From NCBI GenBank assembly GCA_964456445.1, contig CAYWBI010000002.1, positions 29,305-93,304 of the forward strand: a DNA stretch of 64,000 nucleotides. The letters are read 5' to 3'. This document shows, piece after piece, positions 56,931 through 64,000 of the stretch. This DNA comes from an uncultured Calditrichaceae bacterium (GTDB taxonomy: Bacteria; Calditrichota; Calditrichia; Calditrichales; J004). Position 1 is the first letter of the stretch. Each line of letters begins with the position of its first letter. The translations under genes were made by a program, and so were the position numbers. The notes under the pieces were generated by a model. That model was not told where the DNA came from and did no database searches. It saw only the letters and a program-made list of their open reading frames with translations.

Positions 56931-58415
56931 TTGGAACACTATGGTATCTGGTCCCTGCTCCCCCCGGTTGTTGCCATTGCCCTGGCCATAAAAACCAGAC
57001 AAGTTTTTCTTTCTCTCTTGTTCGGCATTTGGTTTGGCTGGCTTGTGTTATCAGACTGGAATTTTGTTACCGGCTCCGTGGCCACGATTCAGGCCCTGGT
57101 GGATGTATTCAAAAGTGCAGGAAATACACGCACGATCATGTTCAGCGCATTGGTCGGCGCATTGATCGCCTTTATTCAAAATTCCGGCGGGGTGGAGGGT
57201 TTTATCCGGCAAATCAATGTCAAACTGGAAAAACTGACCCATGACGGCAAACGCAACCCATCCACCATCATCCAGATATTTGCCTGGCTGACGGGCGTTA
57301 TCATCTTCGTTGAATCGAGTATTACCGTATTGACCGTCGGCTCAATATTCCGGCCATTATTTGACCGTTATAAAATATCCAGGGAAAAACTTGCCTTTAT
57401 CGCAGATTCAACATCCGCCCCGGTTTGCATCCTCATCCCGCTTAATGCCTGGGGCGCATTTATCATGGGGCTTTTACTCACTCAGGGATTCACAGATCCA
57501 TTAAAAATATTGCTCGAAGCATACCCGCTAAATTTCTATCCGATCATTACGCTCTTTGGTGTATTAGTCATCATCCTTAGTAAAAAGGATTTTGGCCCAA
57601 TGAAAAAAGCACAGCGCCGGGTAAAAGTTGAAGGCAAATTGTTGGCCGATAATGCCCGGCCCATGATTTCCGACGAGCTTTCGTCAATTGTTACAAAGCC
57701 CGGCGTCAAACCGGCCGCGATAAATATGATCCTCCCCATAGCGCTGATGGTGGGCATGATGCCTATAATATTGATTTTTGACGGGTGGTCCGCGGTGGAA
57801 AACAAAGATATTTTAAACACTATGCAGATCCTTTTTCAGGCCATCGGCAAGGGTTCCGGTTCAACGGCCGTACTATTATCGGTTCTGATTGCTCTAAGTG
57901 TGGCTGCCATCACCTATCGCATAAAAGGCATCTTTAAAACTCAAGAAATCCTTGACCTTACGTTTAAGGGCATCGGCGGGCTGATGCCTTTGGCATTGCT
58001 TATGATGCTGGCATTTGCCATTGGCGCGGTAAGCAAAAAATTAGGGGCGGGATTGTATATTGCTGAAATTACAAAAAGTTGGCTTAGCCCGGGATTTGTA
58101 CCGCTTATACTTTTTCTTGTCAGCAGTTTTATTGCCTTCTCAACTGGTACATCCTGGGGGACATTTGCCATCATGATGGCCATTGCAATACCGATGACAC
58201 TGTCTATGCAGGGCAGCGTTCCTATGTCTGTGGCCGCGGTTCTAGGGGGTGGAATATTCGGGGACCATTGCTCACCAATATCCGATACAACGATTATCTC
58301 ATCCATGGCGTCGGCTTGCGATCATATCGATCATGTAAAAACTCAATTGCCTTATGCCTTGTTTTTTGGTGGACTATCCGCCCTGCTCTACCTGATTATT
58401 GGTCTGCTGTCCTGA
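56931..58415 (+). CDS. nhaC: Na+/H+ antiporter NhaC family transporter
   Basis: 494 aa and polytopic (about 12 TM), with NhaC-like sequence throughout (GDHCSPISDTTI near the C-terminus). TTG start at 56931 with AAGAGG upstream. Confidence 0.9.
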   Translation: MEHYGIWSLLPPVVAIALAIKTRQVFLSLLFGIWFGWLVLSDWNFVTGSVATIQALVDVFKSAGNTRTIMFSALVGALIAFIQNSGGVEGFIRQINVKLEKLTHDGKRNPSTIIQIFAWLTGVIIFVESSITVLTVGSIFRPLFDRYKISREKLAFIADSTSAPVCILIPLNAWGAFIMGLLLTQGFTDPLKILLEAYPLNFYPIITLFGVLVIILSKKDFGPMKKAQRRVKVEGKLLADNARPMISDELSSIVTKPGVKPAAINMILPIALMVGMMPIILIFDGWSAVENKDILNTMQILFQAIGKGSGSTAVLLSVLIALSVAAITYRIKGIFKTQEILDLTFKGIGGLMPLALLMMLAFAIGAVSKKLGAGLYIAEITKSWLSPGFVPLILFLVSSFIAFSTGTSWGTFAIMMAIAIPMTLSMQGSVPMSVAAVLGGGIFGDHCSPISDTTIISSMASACDHIDHVKTQLPYALFFGGLSALLYLIIGLLS

Positions 58416-59597
58416 TCGGCGGTATTCGCTTGTAAAAACACTGATCAATGCACCTAAGCTAAACATAATTATATCGGTTATATCCGCGGTGCGTCCTTTT
58501 ATAAATACCTGGGTAATTTCCATGGAGATCGAAATACAGAATAAAATTCCCATTACAAAGAAAATGCTTAGCCTGCCTTTCGAAATATACTCTACAATTA
58601 TCCCTAACCAAAAACCTTCAACAATCATTTTCAACAAGTCGTTTATGGCCCAGATTGATGTCACTTTATAATAGTGATAAAAGGGTATCAGGCTTTTTGC
58701 AAGTGCCCGGCAGCCGGGCATGGAGTGGAAAACAAAAGGTTGGAAATTATCCAGAAAAATATATACCAAAAGCAACAATACCCCTATTTTTAAGCGGGTA
58801 GTTTCTCTTAATTTTATTAAGCGGAATAATAAGTATGTGCTCAGTGTAAAAAGTACAATCCAGAACAGCAGGTTTGGATTATAAAACAGGGCCGCAAGTA
58901 AAAGCAGCACGTAAAGGCTGCTGAACATCTTAAACGTTTTTTTATGCCAAAGGGAACGCGGACGTTCATCCCAAAAACCGAGAACAACAATAGAAAACAA
59001 AAGAGCTGGCAGAATGTTTTCCCAGGACAAAAATTCCCCACTATCTGTGGATGTGTGCCTGGGCACAAGCAATGAGATCCAAAGGAACACAAAGAAATAC
59101 ATAGCGGCTACGAAGGCAAGCAACCCGTTCAATGGAGATCTCAGGATATATCGGATTTGTATCGTAAAGTGACGATAATAATGTTTTAAAAACAGCGTTG
59201 CCGTAACTGCCCCGCCCCAGGCGCCAAGCGTATTGGTTATCAAATCATGTATTGATGCAATACGATAGTGTAAAAATATCTGAACAAACTCTATACAGAG
59301 GCTTAAAGTAAATCCTAACAATATGCTGCGACGCGTACTTTTCGCATTATTGGCAAAAACAATCCGGGCAAAAAAACCAACCGGTAAAAACAATAAGATA
59401 TTGCCCAGAATATCGGTCACCCCCACAAAACGACCATCCCGAAAAAAAGGCACGAATTCGATGTTATGCATTTCCCTTATAATTTTATGTATAGAGGTAA
59501 AGGGCCGGAAAGGGATGAGTGTGTTGTATGCGATGAATACTATAAGAAAAAGCAATACATAACGGGCCAGTCGGATATGTTTATCGGTTAAGCGCAT
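58374..59597 (-). CDS. Polytopic membrane protein with VanZ-like domains at both ends
   Basis: The N-terminal ~130 aa are VanZ-like (NTLIPF...DILGNILLFLPVGFF...CIEFVQIFL..R.ASIHDLITNTLGA). The C-terminal ~90 aa repeat the pattern (SMEITQVFIKGRTADITDIIMFSLGA). The ATG at 59597 overlaps the upstream TGA by 1 nt (TGATG). The track start at 59600 is TTG. Confidence 0.75.
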   Translation of the reverse strand: MRLTDKHIRLARYVLLFLIVFIAYNTLIPFRPFTSIHKIIREMHNIEFVPFFRDGRFVGVTDILGNILLFLPVGFFARIVFANNAKSTRRSILLGFTLSLCIEFVQIFLHYRIASIHDLITNTLGAWGGAVTATLFLKHYYRHFTIQIRYILRSPLNGLLAFVAAMYFFVFLWISLLVPRHTSTDSGEFLSWENILPALLFSIVVLGFWDERPRSLWHKKTFKMFSSLYVLLLLAALFYNPNLLFWIVLFTLSTYLLFRLIKLRETTRLKIGVLLLLVYIFLDNFQPFVFHSMPGCRALAKSLIPFYHYYKVTSIWAINDLLKMIVEGFWLGIIVEYISKGRLSIFFVMGILFCISISMEITQVFIKGRTADITDIIMFSLGALISVFTSEYRRSGQQTNNQVEQGG

Positions 59598-60214
59598 CAA
59601 AACGCGATGTATTTTAACAAATCGTCCCGTTCAGGCAAATGGACAATCCAACTCTTATAAACCATATCGCTGATCATTTGTTTGGCCGTATTAAGTGATA
59701 ATTTGTAGCGGTAAGCATAATGCCAGATATCAATAGGGGCCACATGCAGTTCAAATAAAAACAATTCATCGATATCCAACTGCTTGCGCGCATCATTTTT
59801 TTTAACAATTGCTGGCATTACATTGCGTCCTTCCGGCTTGATATGTTCCATAGTGAAATAATAGTTTTCGGCCCCCTCTAAATCACAGATGGGGAAACCG
59901 TTCTGTTCACCACCAAAATATTCAAGAAAATCCATACTTACCTGATATTCACGTTCCGGAAAATCACCCCACAAATCATTCCAGACATCATAATCTTCCT
60001 TTTTTACCCATTCAAAAAAGGCAACTTCCGAATCTGGAATTTTTAACATCACTCGGCCATGAAAAACGGAAATGATTTCCTTTTTATCATTTTGAGAAAG
60101 CTCTTTTATTTCAGCGTCGCTGAACTCAATATAAGAAAGCGTTTCCAATTGTTTTTGTTTGTTTTTAATAAGATTTTTTATCTTCATAGATATCTTGAAA
60201 TTTCCTGATTTCAT
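59597..60214 (-). CDS. Hypothetical soluble protein (205 aa, or 196 aa from the ATG at 60187), unknown function
   Basis: ORF embedded between pabC (overlapping its 3' end by 23-50 nt) and the VanZ-like gene (1-nt overlap). I recognised no motif and saw no clear SD for either candidate start. Confidence 0.6.
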   Translation of the reverse strand: MKSGNFKISMKIKNLIKNKQKQLETLSYIEFSDAEIKELSQNDKKEIISVFHGRVMLKIPDSEVAFFEWVKKEDYDVWNDLWGDFPEREYQVSMDFLEYFGGEQNGFPICDLEGAENYYFTMEHIKPEGRNVMPAIVKKNDARKQLDIDELFLFELHVAPIDIWHYAYRYKLSLNTAKQMISDMVYKSWIVHLPERDDLLKYIAF

Positions 60215-60974
60215 TCAAATATATTTGTGATATGTGCGTTGTTATTTCCTGGTTCTCAAATTTACAAACCGGCAAAATACCAATCAATGAATTACAAATA
60301 AATACGGCATCGGCCTCTATAATATCGTTGTGATACAACGACTGCTCCATGCAATTTATTCCGGCATTTTGTAGTCTCTTTTTTACGATCTGTTCCATTG
60401 CCCCGTTCAAACGAAGTGGCTTCCGGGCAGCAAATACAAATGTATTATTTTTCAGGATGAAAAAATTGCTGCGTGTCCCTTCCAGGGCGATGCCGCTTTC
60501 AGAGAACAATAGTGTTTCAAAAAAGTCGCTAGCTGATGCTGCCTTAAATTGATACCAGAAAAGTGACTTTACATCCGCAAGGTTTCCCCGCACAGGATGG
60601 TCCCCCTTCCCCAGACTGACACCCTTTTTGTATAATTCTGCCAACGGTGGCGTGTATGGTTTTAAAAAAATAATTAATCCGTTTGATGTATTTTCCCGTT
60701 TATATAAAATTATTTTCAAACGATAAATATCGTTTATTGGATTTTCTGAAATCAATTTGGCAATAATTGCATCAAAAGGAACTTCCGGCACAGACATACC
60801 TGTTTTTTTCGCTCCGCTAATCATTCGTTTCAAATGTAAATCCAGATATTCCGGTTGCCCCTGATAAACCCGTATCGTCTCAAATACGCCCTGTCCATAC
60901 TGGAAACCCGGCCCGAATGGGCTTACCAAACATTGCTGATCGGTTATAAATTTTCCATCACAATAAACAATCAT
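60165..60974 (-). CDS. pabC: Aminodeoxychorismate lyase (class IV aminotransferase fold)
   Basis: 269 aa. Fold-type IV pattern (GQGVFETIRV..., EGTRSNFFILKNN, NSLIGILPV). It lies immediately after pabB with an ATGA overlap. Confidence 0.8.
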   Translation of the reverse strand: MIVYCDGKFITDQQCLVSPFGPGFQYGQGVFETIRVYQGQPEYLDLHLKRMISGAKKTGMSVPEVPFDAIIAKLISENPINDIYRLKIILYKRENTSNGLIIFLKPYTPPLAELYKKGVSLGKGDHPVRGNLADVKSLFWYQFKAASASDFFETLLFSESGIALEGTRSNFFILKNNTFVFAARKPLRLNGAMEQIVKKRLQNAGINCMEQSLYHNDIIEADAVFICNSLIGILPVCKFENQEITTHISQIYLNEIRKFQDIYEDKKSY

Positions 60975-62290
60975 TTCAGTGTCCTAAAAATGGTCGCGCC
61001 TTTATCCAGCGTCTCCATGTATTCCGCCGCCGGGTCGGAATCGTACACAATTCCGCTCCCCAAACCAAATTGAACCTGTCCCGCGAAAAAATGCAAACTT
61101 CGGATTATAACATTTAAATCGAAATTGCCGTTAAAATCAATATAGCCCATGCTTCCGGTATAAAAGCCCCTGGTGGTTTTTTCCAGGGCTTCAATAACCT
61201 TTATAGCCTCGGACTTTGGACAGCCTGTGATTGAGCCCGCTGGTCCGAGACTGTGTATCACATCAAGGGAATCATATTCATCTGATATTTTTGCCGTGAC
61301 CTTTGCAACAAGATGAAACACATTATTATAATTTTCTATTCTACGGGCGGTGTCAACCTTTACGGAACCTATCTCCGCAACCTGTCCCATATCGTTACGC
61401 ATCAAATCAACGATCATGGCCAATTCCGCATTTTCTTTTGGGCTTTGCCACAATTCACGAATCATCGCCCGGTCTTTATCAAATTTATGGAAACGTGGAC
61501 GCGTCCCCTTTATGGGGTTACTTTCCAACTTATGACCGCTACGTCTTAGGAACCGTTCCGGACTGCTGCTCACCAGGGTTTGCCCCATCATCTTAAAAAA
61601 ACCGCTCATCGGGGCAGGATTCATTTGGTTCAGTTTTTTAAATATATCAAAGGGCTCGTGCCTGGATGGCCATCTATATTGCTGTGTGAGGTTTACCTGA
61701 TAGATACGCCCTTCGCGGATATACTCCCGTATTTTTTCAACCCCGTTGATATAGGCATTTTTTGTGACGCCGTTTAATTTTAAATTATCAAACCGGGCAG
61801 AACTCCATTTTGATGTTTTGGCGATGGTCTCCGGGCCATGAACATGGACCGACCAACATCTTCCGGATAGCTGGTCGTGGATTTGATAATCTTTAAAGAA
61901 CCCGGCCCAAATTGTATCCGCATCGCTGTGATTGGCCGGTTCGGGGTATGCATCGGATAGAAAGGCATTGTAGGACATGGCGACAATAATGCCACTTGTA
62001 AAAGGCAGTTGGCTTTGAATTGCCTGATGGCGGTATTTTTTTAAAAGTTTCCCTAACCATTCCCAACCATTTTTGTTGATTTGTTTTTCCCCGCTGGCTG
62101 AAAGTTGAGTTATTTGCTTCCGGCCGGATACCCGTAAAATCAAATAAGGATTCTGTGCAATGATAGAGTAGCGATGCCCGAATCGGGTTTTTCCACTGTG
62201 CAGCAGCGCCCAATGATCATGTTTTAAATCCTGCAGGATAAGGGCAGATCTTATTTCTTTTAATTCTATGGAACTTATTTTAGGCAGCAT
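60971..62290 (-). CDS. pabB: Aminodeoxychorismate synthase component I
   Basis: 439 aa, chorismate-binding family (SSSPERFL, GSITGCPK, RGFYTGSMGY). The motif NPIKGTRPR carries Lys (PIKGT), as in PabB, rather than PIAGT as in TrpE. Confidence 0.9.
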   Translation of the reverse strand: MLPKISSIELKEIRSALILQDLKHDHWALLHSGKTRFGHRYSIIAQNPYLILRVSGRKQITQLSASGEKQINKNGWEWLGKLLKKYRHQAIQSQLPFTSGIIVAMSYNAFLSDAYPEPANHSDADTIWAGFFKDYQIHDQLSGRCWSVHVHGPETIAKTSKWSSARFDNLKLNGVTKNAYINGVEKIREYIREGRIYQVNLTQQYRWPSRHEPFDIFKKLNQMNPAPMSGFFKMMGQTLVSSSPERFLRRSGHKLESNPIKGTRPRFHKFDKDRAMIRELWQSPKENAELAMIVDLMRNDMGQVAEIGSVKVDTARRIENYNNVFHLVAKVTAKISDEYDSLDVIHSLGPAGSITGCPKSEAIKVIEALEKTTRGFYTGSMGYIDFNGNFDLNVIIRSLHFFAGQVQFGLGSGIVYDSDPAAEYMETLDKGATIFRTLK

Positions 62291-62857
62291 TTAAACCCCG
62301 GCCAAAAAATTTTCAAATATTTGGTGACCATCATCGGTTAAGAACGATTCCGGATGAAACTGAACGCCATGCACCCTATAAGTGATATGTTCAAAAGCCA
62401 TAATAACCTTTCCATAGCGGGCGGTGATACGGAACTCATCTGCAACATTGTCAACGATTAGCGAGTGATAACGCGCCACTTTCAACGTGTCTGGCATGCT
62501 GCTAAATAATTTGCCACCAAGGATATCTATCCGGCTTACCTTGCCATGCACCGGCTCTATTGCTTTTATAGTATTGCCTCCAAAATATTCATTGATCGCC
62601 TGCATACCAAGACAGATGCCTAAAATCGGTTTATTATCCACATAAGCATCGAGCAGAGCGTGCATCAATGGATAATTGCCCGGTCTTTTGGGTCCCGGGG
62701 AAAAGATAACAGCACCCGGGTTTATCATCTGAATTTTTTTTAAAGAGGTTTGATGCGGCTGACGGATAACAATATCAAACCCCGGACGGGCCAGGGCATG
62801 ATAAATGTTATACGTGAAGGAGTCATAATTATCCAGGATGAATATTTTTTTGGGCAA
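62291..62857 (-). CDS. pabA: Aminodeoxychorismate/anthranilate synthase component II (glutamine amidotransferase)
   Basis: 188 aa. Triad-type GATase (ILGICLGMQA, VQFHPES). Confidence 0.9.
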   Translation of the reverse strand: MPKKIFILDNYDSFTYNIYHALARPGFDIVIRQPHQTSLKKIQMINPGAVIFSPGPKRPGNYPLMHALLDAYVDNKPILGICLGMQAINEYFGGNTIKAIEPVHGKVSRIDILGGKLFSSMPDTLKVARYHSLIVDNVADEFRITARYGKVIMAFEHITYRVHGVQFHPESFLTDDGHQIFENFLAGV

Positions 62858-62905
62858 TATCTTGCACCTTTTTTATTCAGAAATTTCAAACTTAAATTCG
62901 ACTAT

Positions 62906-64000
62906 TTATATCTGATTTTCAAGAGACGTTAAAACAGCATGCAGACAAGTATCCGCCCCGGATTTTAGCGCATGGCATCTCTTTTGCATTTCATCCACGA
63001 AATCCGAATCGCTGATGTCTTTTAAATTTATACGCACATTGAAAATACCGCCCAACACGCCACTGTAAGCCATTTGCGCCCCAACGCCCACATCGGTAAG
63101 CGAGGCCGGGTTACCATATTTTAAGACAGTCTCTGCGATTTTTAATGCCCTGAAACTTTGCCGGGCCGTTGCCAATGGTATTTCAACAGCGTGTTTCAAA
63201 CCAGCAAGCATAGCTGACTTACGTATTTTTTTCTCATCATCCGTGCGTTTTGGCATACGTCGGGCATCCATATAGTCATTAAAGGCATTGGTATCATCAT
63301 CCACGGCGCGCAACAAATTATTTATAATTTCCTGGCATGTTCCGGCAGCTTCATTAAGTATTTCATCCACAGCCTCACTGCCACGCCTGTTCGCCGTTAT
63401 ATTACAGACCATTGCAGAGAGCCCTGCTCCTATCGCGCCGGCAAGCGCAGCCACACTTCCCCCCCCGGGAGCGGGCGATTCGCGTGAAACTTCGTTTACA
63501 AAACCAGCTACCGATAAAGAAACCAAATCTTCGGGCTTAGGTTGTGGCAGACCCAGGACACGTTCTTCAATTTTAAATTCTGAAACATCGTTCAGCCCAA
63601 GGGATTGCACGGCTGTATGCAAAATATCCATTAAGGGGATACCGGCGGAACGTTGTTGTTTTTTGAGATAATATTTCCCAGAATCCAGCAATGCGGGAAA
63701 AGGCACCATGCCTACAATCTCGCTTCCGGTAACCACCAGGCCACGATCGGCGGCAAGTTTCCGTGTTGCTTCCAGCACGTGTTGCATGGACGTGACATTG
63801 TAATCCGTAAGGTTTATCGATATCTGGGCCCGGTCAAATTCCGGCACGACCCAGCCAATGGCTTTACAATGTGTAAACAACCCGGGCTTTTTTACCGACT
63901 GGCCTTCTGGTTTTTCCGGGTTGATACCATTTAAGTTTAAAAGCCCTTCAAGATTATACTGATGCACATTTTTACAATGTTCAATCGTATCTTTTATGGT
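62906..64000 (-). CDS. Formimidoyltransferase-cyclodeaminase (glutamate formimidoyltransferase fused to a cyclodeaminase domain). The 5' end lies beyond the right edge of the window.
   Basis: The track ORF starts at M (63967), but the frame remains open to 64000 (..TIKDTIEHCKNVHQYNLEGL). The visible part is the C-terminal portion of the transferase domain (ISINLTDY...VTGSEIVGMVP), followed by the cyclodeaminase domain (PAPGGGSVAALAGAIGAGLSAMV). Confidence 0.88.
   Translation of the reverse strand, partial: TIKDTIEHCKNVHQYNLEGLLNLNGINPEKPEGQSVKKPGLFTHCKAIGWVVPEFDRAQISINLTDYNVTSMQHVLEATRKLAADRGLVVTGSEIVGMVPFPALLDSGKYYLKKQQRSAGIPLMDILHTAVQSLGLNDVSEFKIEERVLGLPQPKPEDLVSLSVAGFVNEVSRESPAPGGGSVAALAGAIGAGLSAMVCNITANRRGSEAVDEILNEAAGTCQEIINNLLRAVDDDTNAFNDYMDARRMPKRTDDEKKIRKSAMLAGLKHAVEIPLATARQSFRALKIAETVLKYGNPASLTDVGVGAQMAYSGVLGGIFNVRINLKDISDSDFVDEMQKRCHALKSGADTCLHAVLTSLENQI

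Noticed and set aside
1-64000. A window-wide look for CRISPR arrays, transposases or integrases, prophage genes, toxin-antitoxin pairs, restriction-modification or other defence modules, and rRNA/tRNA genes.
   Set aside because: I recognised none. Every ORF of 100 aa or more outside shadow frames is either a housekeeping, metabolic or signalling gene, or one of the two unassigned proteins already reported. I noticed no direct-repeat arrays.

Overview
This is a gene-dense bacterial chromosomal segment with about 64 protein-coding genes, and roughly 90% of them are on the minus strand. GC looks low to mid 40s by eye; I did not compute it. All family calls come from reading the translations and motifs, because no database search was possible.

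Contents, left to right:
- An edge-truncated molybdopterin oxidoreductase that is missing from the ORF track.
- A ten-gene heme biosynthesis operon: hemX-like, hemA, C, D, E, N, Y, B, L, H.
- A hotdog thioesterase and carAB.
- cysS-ddl-glnS, gltX, dedA, queA and yebC-ruvCAB.
- A UDP-glucuronate decarboxylase, an aldo/keto reductase and a Cys/Met PLP lyase, the last divergent from a frameshifted Rrf2 regulator.
- A CheY-like receiver, then maf coupled to a UbiA prenyltransferase.
- One plus-strand orphan gene.
- tatA-gatA-gatB, psd-pssA, purB, an HtrA-like protease, tal and truA.
- A System I cytochrome c maturation cluster, ccmABCDEF, downstream of a TonB-dependent receptor.
- fliA-like sigma factor, hybrid response regulator/histidine kinase and a short FlgM-like ORF.
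- comF, an Hpt protein and nhaC.
- pabA-pabB-pabC, translationally coupled to an unknown 205-aa protein and a double-VanZ membrane protein.
- An edge-truncated formimidoyltransferase-cyclodeaminase.

I recognised no rRNA, tRNA, CRISPR array, transposase, integrase, phage gene or known defence gene. I see no clear novel multi-gene system. The window is mostly housekeeping.

Observations most worth follow-up:
1. A variant System I. CcmE carries CPSKY in place of the heme-binding HxxxY, there is no ccmG/H in the cluster, and an unlisted 51-aa CcmD overlaps both neighbours.
2. The complete single-strand heme operon.
3. An Rrf2 regulator split by a 1-nt frameshift in an A-run, next to a perfect palindrome upstream of the PLP lyase.
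4. An unlisted 57-aa FlgM-like ORF downstream of the fliA-like sigma factor.
5. Two unassignable proteins: 315 aa at 35237-36184, and 205 aa embedded in the pab operon.

Several ORF-track starts look over-extended, and I corrected them using RBS and stop/start coupling.
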